DNA of 22,434 nt, taken from contig NEEC01000450.1 of the NCBI GenBank assembly GCA_002189035.1, positions 1 through 22,434 of the forward strand, given 5' to 3'. Source of the DNA: Utricularia gibba. Taxonomy: Eukaryota; Plantae; Magnoliophyta. Both the position numbers and the translations under genes were made by a program. Below the pieces are notes generated by a model. That model worked only from the letters and a program-made list of their open reading frames with translations. It was not told the origin of the DNA and did not search any database. Of this stretch, positions 11,101 through 22,434 are shown in pieces (position 1 is the first letter of the stretch; every line of letters begins with the position of its first letter).

Positions 11101-14100
11101 AAAGTAAGTTGTTGAAAAAATCATGTGGGTGCACGTGATATCGCAATTTAAACAAATGCATCATTTTTTTAATCGATTTCATCCGGTTGACCTCATGAGC
11201 CATACAGAATCGGGGTCAAGGACCAAGTTCCCAGCGAGACTGGCCGCCACAAAACGAGAAGCGGTTCCTTGAAAAACCATGTAGGCAGCCCCCGAAAACC
11301 GAACGATAATAAATACATCACTTTATTTGTCGGGCTACAACTAACTCTCGCGCAAGCCAAACCTTACCTTTGTCCCGTTCCAGCTGCACCCCAAGACCGC
11401 CTCCTCAAGTATAAAGTAAGTTGTTGAAAAAATCATGTGGGGTGCACATGATATCGCATTTAAACAAATGCATCATTTTTTTTAATCGATTTGCATCCGG
11501 TTGACCTCATGAGCCATACAGAATCGGGGTCAAGGACCAATTCCCAGCGAGACTGGCGCCACAAAAACGAGAAGCGGTTCCTTGAAAAACCATGTAGGCA
11601 GCCCCGAAAACCGAACGATATAAATATCACTTTATTGGGCTACAACTAACTCTCGGCGCAAGCCAAACCTTACCTTTGTCCCGTTCAGGTGCACCCCAAG
11701 ACCGCCTCCCAAGTATAAAGTAAGTTGTTGAAAAATCATGTGGGTGCACGTGATATCGCAATTTAAACAAATGCATCATTTTTTTTAATCGATTTCATCC
11801 GGTTGACCTCATGAGCCATACAGAATCGGGGTCAAGGACCAAGTTCCCAGCGAGACTGGCCGCCACAAAACGAGAAGCGGTTCCTTGAAAAACCATGTAG
11901 GCAGCCCCGAAAACCGAACGATAATAAATACATCACTTTATTTGTCGGGCTACAACTAACTCTCGGCGCAAGCCAAACCTTACCTTTGTCCAGGTGCACC
12001 CGCCTCCTCAAGTATAAAGTAAGTTGTTGAAAAATCATGTGGGGTGCACGTGATATCGCAATTTAAACAAATGCATCATTTTTTTTAATCGATTTGCATC
12101 CGGTTGACCTCATGAGCCATACAGAATCGGGGTCAAGGACCAAGTTCCCAGCGAGACTGGCCGCCACAAAACGAGAAGCGGTTCCTTGAAAACCATGTAG
12201 GCAGCCCCCGAAAACCGAACGATAAAATACATCACTTTATTTGTCGGGCTACAACTAACTCTCGCGCAAGCCAAACCTTACCTTTGTCCCGTTCGCACCC
12301 CAAGACCGCCTCCTCAAGTATAAAGTAAGTTGTGAAAATCATGTGGGGTGCACGGATATCGCAATTTAAACAAATGCATCATTTTTTTATCGATTTCCAT
12401 CCGTTGACCTCATGAGCCATACAGAATCGGGGTCAAGGACCAAGTTCCCAGCGAGACTGGCCGCCACAAAACGAGAAGCGGTTCCTTGAAAACCATGTAG
12501 GCAGCCCCGAAAACCGAACGATATAAACATCACTTTATTTGTCTAAACTAACTCTCGGCGCAAGCCAAACCTTACCTTTGTCCCGTTCATGCACCCCAAG
12601 AAAGTATAAAGTAAGTTGTTGAAAAAATCATGTGGGGTGCACATATCGCAATTTAAACAAATGCATCATTTTTTTTAATCGATTTGCATCCGGTTGACCT
12701 CATGAGCCATACAGAATCGGGGTCACCAAGTTCCAGCGAGACTGGCCGCCAAAAACGAGAAGCGGTTCCTTGAAAAACCATGTAGGCAGCCCCGAAAACC
12801 GAACGATAAAAAATACATCACTTTATTTGGGCTACAACTAACTCTCGCCGCAAGCCAAACCTTACCTTTGTCCCGTTCCAGCTGCACCCAAGACCGCCTC
12901 CTCAAGTATAAAGTAAGTTGTTGAAAAAATCATGTGGGGTGCACGTGATATCGCAATTTAAACAAATGCATCATTTTTTTTAATCGATTTGCATCCGGTT
13001 GACCTCATGAGCCATACAGAATCGGGGTCAAGGACCAAGTTCCCAGCGAGACTGGCCGCCACAAAACGAGAAGCGGTTCCTTGAAAAACCATGTAGGCCC
13101 CGAAAACCGAACGATAATAAACATCACTTTATTTGCCGGGCTACAACTAACTCTCCGCAAGCCAAACCTTACCTTTGTCCCGTTCCAGCTGCACCCAAGA
13201 CCGCCTCCTCAAGTATAAAGTAAGTTGTTGAAAAAATCATGTGGGGTGCACATGATATCGCAATTTAAACAAATGCATCATTTTTTTTAATCGATTTGCA
13301 TTCGGTTGACCTCATGAGCCATACAGAATCGGGGTCAAGGACCAAGTTCCAGCGAGACTGGCGCCACAAAACGAGAAGCGGTTCCTTGAAAAACCATGTA
13401 GGCAGCCCCGAAAACGAACGATATAAATTTATCACTTTAGCAACTAACTCTCGCGCAAGCCAAACCTTACCTTTGTCCCGTTCAGGTGCACCCAAGACAA
13501 GTATAAAGTAAGTTGTTGAAAAAAATCATGTGGGGTGCACGTCATATCGCAATTTAAACAAATGCATCATTTTTTTTAATCGATTTGCATCCGGTTGACC
13601 TCATGAGCCATACAGAATCGGGTCAAGGACCAAGTTCCAGCGAGACTGGCCGCCACAAAACGAGAAGCGGGTGAAAAACCATGTAGGCAGCCCCCGAAAA
13701 CCGAACGATAAAAAATACATCACTTTATTTGCCGGGCTACAACTAACTCTCGCCGCAAGCCAAACCTTACCTTTGTCCCGTTCCAGCTGCACCCCAAGAC
13801 CGCCTCCTCAAGTATAAAGTAAGTTGTTGAAAAATCATGTGGGGTGCACATGATATCGCAATTTAAACAAATGCATCATTTTTTTTAATCGATTTCCATC
13901 GGTTGACCTCATGAGCCATACAGAATCGGGGTCAAGGACCAAGTTCCCAGCGAGACTGGCCGCCACAAAACGAGAAGCGGTTCCTTGAAAAACCATGTAG
14001 GCAGCCCCCGAAAACCGAACGATAATAAATACATCACTTTATTTGTCGGGCTACAACTAACTCTCGGCGCAAGCCAAACTTAGTTCCAGTGCACCCAAGA

Positions 14101-15303
14101 CAAGTATAAAGTAAGTTGTTGAAAAAATCATGGGTGCACATGATATCGCAATTTAAACAAATGCATCATTTTTTTAATCGATTTGCATCCGGTTGACCTC
14201 ATGAGCCATACAGAATCGGGGTCAAGGACCAAGTTCCCAGCGAGACTGGCCGCCACAAACGAGAAGCGGAAAAACCATGTAGGCAGCCCCGAAAACCGAA
14301 CGGGGCTACAACTAACTCTGCAAGCCAAACCTTATCTGCACCCAAGACCGCAAGTATAAAGTAAGTTGTTGAAAAAATCATGTGGGGTGCAATATCGCAA
14401 TTTAAACATGCATCATTTTTTTTAATCGATTTGCATCCGGTTGACCTCATGAGCCATACAGAATCGGGGTTTCCAGCGAGACTGGCCGCCACAAAACGAG
14501 AAGCGGTTCCTTGAAAAACCATGTAGGCAGCCCCCGAAAACCGAACGATACATCACTTTACAACTAAGCAAGCCAAACCTTACCTTTGCCGTTCCAGGCA
14601 CCCCAAGACCGCCTCCTCAAGTATAAAGTAAGTTGTTGAAAAAATCATGTGGGGTGCACGTGATATCGCAATTTAAACAAATGCATCATTTTTTTAATCG
14701 ATTTGCATCCGGTTGACCTCATGAGCCATACAGAATCGGGGTCAAGGACAAGTTCCCAGCGAGACTGGCCGCCACAAAACGAGAAGCGGTTCCTTGAAAA
14801 ACCATGTAGGCCCCCGAAAACCGAACGATAATAAATACATCACTTTATTTGCCGGGCTACAACTAACTCTCGCGCAAGCCAAACCTTACCTTTGTCCCGT
14901 TTGCACCCAAGACCGCCTCCTCAAGTATAAAGTAAGTTGTTGAAAAAATCATGTGGGGTGCACATGATATCGCAATTTAAACAAATGCATCATTTTTTTT
15001 AATCGATTTGCATCCGGTTGACCTCATGAGCCATACAGAATCGGGGTCAAGGACCAAGTTCCCAGCGAGACTGGCCGCCACAAAACGAGAAGCGGTTCCT
15101 TGAAAAACCATGTAGGCAGCCCCGAAAACCGAACGCACTTTATTTGTCGGGCTAAACTAACTCTCGGCGCAAGCCAAACCTTACCTTTGTCCCGTTCAGG
15201 TGCACCCCAAGACCGCCTCCTCAAGTATAAAGTAAGTTGTTGAAAAAAATCATGTGGGGTGCAATATCGCAATTTAAACAAATGCATCATTTTTTTTAAT
15301 CGA

Positions 15304-18300
15304 TTTGCATCCGGTTGACCTCATGAGCCATACAGAATTCAAACCAAGTTCCCAGCGAGACTAAACGAGAAGAAAAACCATGTTCGAAAACCGAACATCA
15401 CTTTAGTCAAACCTTAATCGAGTATAAAGTAAGTTGTTGAAAAAATCGGTGGATATCGCAATTTAAACAAATGCATCAATCGGGTTGACCTCATGAGCCA
15501 TACAGAATCGGGGTCAAGGACCAAGTTCCCAGCGAGACGCCAAAACGAGAACTTGAAAAACCATGTAGGCAGCCCGAAAACCGAACGATTTGTCGGGCTA
15601 CAACTAACTCTAAACCTTACCAAAGACAAAATCAACATCGCAATTTAAACAAATGCATCATTTTAATCGATTTGCATCCGGTTTCATGAGCCATACAGAA
15701 TCGGGGTTTTGGTTCCTTGAAAAACCATGTAAACGAACGAGTAAAGTGCTCAACATAGTGCGATTTGCAACCTCATGAGCCATACCGACCAATTTTGTTC
15801 CACCAGCCCCGAAAACGAACGCACGTAAACTCTCAAGTATAAAGTTGTTGAAAAAATCGTGCACGGCAATTTAAAATGCATCATTTTTTTTAATCGATTT
15901 GCATGACCTCATGAGCCATACAGAATCGGGGTCAAGGACCAATTTCCTTGAAAAACCATGTAGGCAGCCCGAAAACCGAACGAGTCTTAAGGGACCGAAA
16001 AAATCATGTGGGGTGCACCGCAATTTAAACAAATGCATCATTTTTTTTAATCGATTTGCAATGAGCCATACAGAATCGGGGTGTTCCCAGCGAGACTCGC
16101 CACAAAACGAGAAGCGGTTCCTTGAAAAACCATGTCCGAACGATCACTTTAGCTACAACTAAAGCCAAACCTTAAGTGCAAGACCGCAAGTATAAAGTAA
16201 GTTGTTGAAAAATCATGTGGGGTGCACGTGATATCGCAATTTAAACAAATGCATCATTTTTTTTAATCGATTTGCATCCGGTTGACCTCATGAGCCATAC
16301 AAATCGGGGTCAAGGACCAAGTTCCCAGCGAGACTGGCCGCCACAAAACGAGAAGCGGTTCCTTGAAAAACCATGTAGGCAGCCCCCGAAAACGAACGGG
16401 CTACAACTAACTCTAAACCTTACCTTTGTCCGTTCCAGTGCACCCAACAAGTATAAAGTAAGTTGTTGAAAAATCATGTGGGGTGCAATATCGCAATTTA
16501 AACGCATCCGGTTGACCTCATGAGCCATAATCTTTTGTTCCTTGAAAAACCTAACGAGCTACAACTAACCTCGGCGCAAGGTCCCGGGTGCACCCAAGAA
16601 AGTATAAAGTAAGTTGTTGAAAAAATCATGTGGGGTGCACGTGATATCGCAATTTAAACAAATGCATCATTTTTTTTAATCGATTTGCATTGACCTCATG
16701 AGCCATACAGAATCGGGGTCCCAAGTTCCAGCGAGACTGGCCGCCACAAAACGAGAAGCGGTTCCTTGAAAAACCATGTAGGCAGCCCCGAAAAACCGAA
16801 CGAAATACATCACTTTATACAACTAAAAGCCAAACCTTAAGTGCACCCCAAGACAAGTATAAAGTAATGGAAAAAATCATGTGGGGTGCACATATCGCAA
16901 TTTAACAAATGCATCATTTTTTTTTAACGATTTCGGTTGACCTCATGAGCCATACAGAATCGGGTCAAGGACCAAGCCCAGCGAGACTAGAAAAACCAAG
17001 CCCGAAAACCGAACGATATAAATACATCACTTTATAAACTAAGCAAGCCAAACTTACCTTTGTCCCGTTTGCACCCCAGACAAGTATAAAGTAAGTTGTT
17101 GAAAAAATCATGTGGGGTGCACTCGCAATTTAAACAAATGCATCATTTTTTTTAATCGATTGCAACCTCATGAGCCATTGGCGAGACTGCCGCCACAAAA
17201 CGAGAAGCGGTTCCGAAAAACCATGTAGGCAGCCCCCGAAAACCGAACGTGGCTAACTAACAAGCCAAACCTTACCTTTGTCCGTTCAAGTCGCCTCCTC
17301 AAGTATAAAGTAAGTTGTTGAAAAATCATGTGGGTGCACGTGATATCGCAATTTAAACAAATGCATCATTTTTTTAATCGATTTGCATCGGTTGACCTCA
17401 TGAGCCATACAGAATCGGGGTCAAGGACCAAGTTCCCAGCGAGACAGCACAAAACGAGAAGCGGTTCCTTGAAAAACCATGTAGGAGCCCGAAAACGAAC
17501 GATAATAAATACATCACTTTAGCTACAACTAACTCTCGGCGCAAGCCAAACCTTACCTTTGTCCCGTTTGCACCCAAGACCGCCTCCTCAAGTATAAAGT
17601 AAGTTGTTGAAAAAATCATGTGGGGTGCAATATCGCAATTTAAACAAATGCATCATTTTTTTTAATCGATTTGCATCCGGTTGACCTCATGAGCCATACA
17701 GAATCGGGTCACGAGACTGGCCGCCACAAAACGAGAAGCGGTTCCACCATGTTGAAAACCGAACGCACTTTAACAACTAACTCTCGCGCAAGCAACCTTA
17801 CCTTTGTCCGTGCACCCCAAGACCGCCTCCCAAGTATAAAGTAAGTTGTTGAAAAAATCATGTGGGTGCACGTGATATCGCAATTTAAACAAATGCATTT
17901 TTTTAAATTTCGGTTGACCTCATGAGCCATACAGAATCGGGGTGACCAATTTCCCAGCGAGACTGGCGCCACAAAACGAGAAGCGGTTCCTTGAAAAACC
18001 ATGTAGGCAGCCCCGAAAACCGAACGATAATAAATACATCACTTTATTTGGGGCTACAACTAACTCTCGCGCAAGCCAAACCTTACCTTTGTCCCGGTGC
18101 ACCCAAGACAAAAATCATGTGGGGTGCACATCGCAATTTAAACAAATGCATCATTTTTTTTAATCGATTTGCATCCGGTTGACCTCATGAGCCATACAGA
18201 ATCACCAAGTTCCCAGCGAGACTGGCCGCCACAAAACGAGAACTTGAAAAACCATGTAGGGCCCGAAAACGAACGCGGTAACTCTCGGCGCAAGCCAAAC

Positions 18301-21300
18301 CTTATTCTCCCCAACCGTAATCGCATTGACCTCCCATACAGAAGCAAGTTCCCAGCGAGACTCGAGAATGAAAAACATGTTAAATACATCACTTTATACA
18401 ACTAAAAGCCAAACCTTAAGTCGTCAAAATCGCTCGCACAAATGCATCATTTTTTTTAATCGATTTCATCCGGTTGTTGAGCCATACAGAATCTTCCCAG
18501 CGAGACTCGAGAAGCGGTTCCTTGAAAAACCATGTAGTAACGACTTTACTACAACTAACTCTCGGCGCAAGCCAAACCTTACCTTTGTCCCGTTTGCACC
18601 CAAGTATAAAGTAAGTTGTTGAAAAAATCATGTGGGTGCACATCGCAATTTAAACAAATGCATCATTTTTTTTAATCGATTTGCATCCGGTTGACCTCAT
18701 GAGCCATACAGAATCGGGTCAAGGACCAAGTTCCCAGCGAGACTGGCCGCCACAAAACGAGAACTTGAAAAACCATGTAGGCAGCCCCGAAAACCGAACG
18801 AGAACTCTCAAACCTTATTAGACAGTTGTTGAAAAAATCATGTGGGGTGCACGATCGCCAAATGCATCATTTTTTAATCGATTTGCATCGGTTGACCTCA
18901 TGAGCCATACAGAAAAGGACCAAAGCGAGATAAGAAAACCATGTGTTGCTCTTACTGATCATCAACATATTTAAACAAATGCATCATTTTTTTTAATCGA
19001 ATGGAGGAATTGTTTAAGAAAAACCATGTCGTGTTTACATACATCTGCAATATGTGGATTTGCAGGAGCCATACAGAATCGGGGTCTGACTAGAAAAACC
19101 ATGTGTGCTCTTATGCTCCTCCATGGTCGCAAATGATCGCAACCTCGCAGTATGTTCCTTGAAAAACCAGTGCGTGAAAGTCGCCTTATAAAGTAAGTTG
19201 TTGAAAAAATCATGTGGGGTGCAATATCGCAATTTAAACAAATGCATCATTTTTTTTAATCGATTTGCATCCGGTTGACCTCATGAGCCATACAGAATCG
19301 GGGTCAAAACCAAGTTCCAGCTGGCCGCCACAAACGAGAAGCGGTTCCTGAAAAACCATGTAGGCAGCCCCCGAAACCGAACGATAAAAAATACATCACT
19401 TTATTTGGGCTACAACTAACTCTCCGCAAGCCAAACCTTACCTTTGTCCCGTTTGCACCCAAGACCGCCTCCTCAAGTATAAAGTAAGTTGTTGAAAAAA
19501 TCATGTGGGGTGCACATGATATCGCAATTTAAACAAATGCATCATTTTTTTTAATCGATTTCCATCCGGTTGACCTCATGAGCCATACAGAATCGGGGTC
19601 AAGGACCAATTCCCAGCGAGACTGGCCGCCACAAAACGAGAAGCGGTTCCTTGAAAAACCATGTAGGCAGCCCCCGAAAACCGAACGATAATAAATACAT
19701 CACTTTATTTGTCGGGCTACAACTAACTCTCCGCAAGCCAAACCTTACCTTTGTCCCGTTTGCACCCAAGACCGCCTCTCAAGTAAAGTAAGTTGTTGAA
19801 AAAATCAACAATCGCAATTTAAACAAATGCATCATTTTTTTAATCGATTTGCAACCTCATGAGCCATATCGCCAGCGAGACTGTTGAAAAACCATGTAAG
19901 CCCGAAAAAACGCGTCAAACCTTAAATGCCTCCCCAAGTATAAAGTAAGTTGTTGAAAAAATCAACGATATCGCAATTTAAACAAATGTAATCGATTTGC
20001 ATCCGGTTGACCTCATGAGCCATACAGAATTTTGGTTTCCTTGAAAAACCATGTCGTCTACAACTAACAAGCCAAACCTTACCTTTGTCCCGTTTGACAT
20101 CACACATCGCAATTTAAACAAATGCATCATTTTTTTTAATCGATTTCATCCGGTTGACCTCATGAGCCATACAGAAAAGGACCAACCAGCGAGACTGGCG
20201 CCACAAAACGAGAATGAAAAACCATGTAGGCAGCCCCCGAAAAACGAACGATATAAATACATCACTTTATTTGTCGGGCTACAACTAACTCGCAAGCAAA
20301 CCTTAAGTGCACCCAAGACAAGTATAAAGTAAGTTGTTGAAAAAATCAGTGCAAATATCGCAATTTAAACAAATGCATCATTTTTTTTAATCGACATCGG
20401 TTGACCTCATGAGCCATACAGAATTCCAAAGCGAGACTGCCACAAAACGAGAAGCGGTTCCTTGAAAAACCATGTGGGCTACAACTAACTCGCAAGCCAA
20501 CCTTACCTTTGTCCCGTTCCTGGCCTGTAAAGTAAGTTGTTGAAAAAATCATGTGGGTGCACATATCGCAATTTAAACAAATGCATCATTTTTTTTAATC
20601 GATTTGCAACCTCATGAGCCATACAGAATCGGGGTCAAGGACCAACAGCGAGAGCCACAAAACAGCGGTTCCTTGAAAAACCTCCCCGAAAACGAACATC
20701 ACTTTAGCGGCGCAAGCCAAACCTTACCTTTGTCCCGAACCCCAAACAAGTATAAAGTAATGAAAAATCAGCAATATCGCAATTTAAACAAATGCATCAT
20801 TTTTTTTAATCGATTTGCATTTGACCTCCATACAGAATCGGGGCAACCAGCGAGACTACGAGAAGCGGTTCCTTGAAACCATGTAGGCAGCCCCGAAAAC
20901 CGAACGATATACATCACTTTAGCTACAACTAACTCTACCTTACCTTTGTCCCGTTTGCCTCCCAAAAATCAAATATCGCAATTTAAACAAATGCTTTTGA
21001 CCTCATGAGCCATACAGGGTTTTGTTCCAAAACCATGTCATCACTTTATTTGTAACTCTCCAAAAGTCGCCTCCTCGAAAAAATCATGTGGGTGCACATC
21101 GCAATTTAAACAAATGCATCATTTTTTTAATCGATTTGCATCCGGTTGACCTCATGAGCCATACAGAATCGACCAACCCAGCGAGATAAGCGGTTCCTTG
21201 CCATGTAAGGAACGGACTACAACTAACTCTCGGCGCAAGCCAAACCTTACCTTTGTCCCGTTTTCAAATCAAATATCGCAATTTAAACAAATGCATCATT

Positions 21301-22434
21301 TTTTTTAATCGATTTGCATCCGGTTGACCTCATGAGCCATACAGAATCGGGGGTTTTTCCCCATGTGTTGAAGATAGCCTTGAAAAAATCATGGATATCG
21401 CAATTAAACAAATGAATCGATTTGCAACCTCATGAGCCATATCGTTCCCAAGACCATTTTTGTGTGTGGGTTCCCTCTCACAAATGCTATCAGGAATAAA
21501 CCAAAAACGAACGCTTTAGCTATAACTAACTCTCGGCGCAAGCCAAACCTTAATTCATCATGTGGGGTGCAATATCGCAATTTAAACAAATGCATCATTT
21601 TTTTTAATCGATTTGCATCCGGTTGACCTCATGAGCCATACAGAATCGGGGTACCAACAGCGAGACCACAAAACGAGAAGCGGTTCCTTGAAAAACCATG
21701 TAGGCAGCCCCGAAAACCGAACGTCACTTTATTTGGGCTACAACTAACTCTCGCGCAAGCCAAACCTTACCTTTGTCCCGTTTGCACCCCAAGACCGCCT
21801 CCCAAGTATAAAGTAAGTTGTTGAAAAAATCATGTGGGGTGCACTGATATCGCAATTTAAACAAATGCATCTTTTTTTTAATCGCGGTTGACCTCATGAG
21901 CCATACAGAATTCCCAGCGAGACTGGCGCCACAAAACGAGAAGCGGTTCCTTGAAAAACCATGTAGGCAGCCCCGAAAACCGAACGATAATAAATACATC
22001 ACTTTATTTGTGGCTACAACTAACTCTCCGCAAGCCAAACCTTACCTTTGTCCCGTTTGCACCCCAAGACCGCCTCCTCAAGTATAAAGTAAGTTGTTGA
22101 AAATCATGTGGGTGCACGTGATATCGCAATTTAAAAAATGCATCATTTTTAATCGATTTGCATCCGGTTGACCTCATGAGCCATACAGAATCGACCAAGT
22201 TCCCAGCGAGACTGGCCGCCACAAAACGAGAAGCGGTTCCTTGAAAAACCATGTAGCCGAAAACCGACTTTAAAAAGCAAGCCAAACCTTACCTTTGTCC
22301 CGTTCCTGCACCCCAAGACCGCCTCAAGTATAAAGTAAGTTGTTGAAAAATCATGTGGGTGCAATATCGCAATTTAAACAAATGCATCATTTTTTTTTAA
22401 TCGATTTGCATCGGTTGACCTCATGAGCCATACA
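15304..22434. repeat. Degraded, internally deleted part of the array (~37 truncated monomers, mean ~190 bp)
   Basis: Anchor spacing drops abruptly (15671 to 15764 = 93 bp; 15764 to 15898 = 134 bp; 19848 to 19996 = 148 bp). It recovers intermittently (17382-17669, 19264-19558, 19559-19847, all ~290 bp). Motif order is always preserved. Confidence 0.88.

Larger units (their letters stand above)
1..15303. repeat. Well-preserved part of the array (51 near-full-length monomers)
   Basis: Anchor-to-anchor spacing averages ~310 bp over the first 10 copies, ~301 bp over 8779-11793 and ~292 bp over 11793-15007. Differences from consensus are mostly homopolymer-length changes and short deletions. Confidence 0.92.
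1..22434. repeat. Tandem satellite-like array, ~88 copies plus a partial copy of a ~312-316 bp monomer, single orientation, open at both window ends
   Basis: The anchor ATCGA|TTTGCATCCGGTTGACCTCATGAGCCATACAG recurs at 1, 308, 615, 925, 1234, 1548, 1853, 2163, 2474, 2787, 3096 ... 14702, 15007, 15304 ... 21612, ~21885, 22157, 22405. Hand consensus: TTTGCATCCGGTTGACCTCATGAGCCATACAGAATCGGGGTCAAGGACCAAGTTCCCAGCGAGACTGGCCGCCACAAAACGAGAAGCGGTTCCTTGAAAAACCATGTAGGCAGCCCC(C)GAAAACCGAACGATAATAAATACATCACTTTATTTG(T/C)CGGGCTACAACTAACTCTCG(G/C)CGCAAGCCAAACCTTACCTTTGTCC(C)GTTC(C)AG(G/C)TGCACCC(C)AAGAC(C)GCCTCCTCAAGTATAAAGTAAGTTGTTGAAAAAATCATGTGGGGTGCAC(G/A)TGATATCGCAATTTAAACAAATGCATCATTTTTTTTAATCGA. There are no unique spacers between copies. 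The copy count in the degraded part is approximate. Confidence 0.97.

Noticed and set aside
1-15303. Higher-order repeat built from X and Y monomers
   Set aside because: The order of variant copies shows no repeating period by eye, only local enrichment of Y at ~9-14 kb.
41-22364. About 58 short ORFs (60-111 aa) on both strands, e.g. MHPVDLMSHTESGSRTKF..., ...LDPDSVWLMRSTGCKSIKK..., ...FFKEPLLVLWRPVSLG...
   Set aside because: All are readings of the same monomer whose frames shift copy to copy with indels. No frame is preserved across copies, the peptides resemble no family I recognise, and there is no sign of coding constraint.
1-22434. CRISPR array or other repeat-spacer system
   Set aside because: The sequence between conserved blocks is the same in each copy apart from deletions. 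There are no unique spacers, the period is far too long, and no cas genes are present.
1-22434. Assignment to a named plant subtelomeric satellite of similar size (from memory, ~313-314 bp families exist in Silene and Allium)
   Set aside because: Only length and rough AT content agree. I cannot match the sequence from memory, the consensus lacks a SacI site (GAGCTC), and telomere-like bits (AAACCTTA, AACTAAC) are too degenerate. A BLAST search is needed.

Overview
The whole 22,434-bp window is one head-to-tail tandem array of a single ~312-316 bp non-coding monomer (~46% GC, hand count of the consensus). It has about 88 copies plus a partial one, all in the same orientation and running off both ends. 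I see no real gene, RNA gene, CRISPR array or transposon; every listed ORF is a frameshifted reading of the same monomer. Four pieces of hidden structure stand out. (1) The monomer is a colinear, heavily diverged dimer of a ~156-160 bp ancestral unit (~55-60% identity), typical of a genuine eukaryotic satellite. (2) Four variant sites spanning ~120 bp are linked into two monomer types, X and Y, interspersed without periodicity. (3) Each monomer carries a 10-bp inverted repeat next to a dense cluster of 6-bp palindromes, and this is also the best-preserved part. (4) Copies shorten from ~310 bp at the 5' end to a mean of ~190 bp after ~15.3 kb, almost entirely by deletion. This looks most like a single long nanopore read losing quality, although a decaying array edge is not excluded. 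I could not assign the repeat to a named family or organism.
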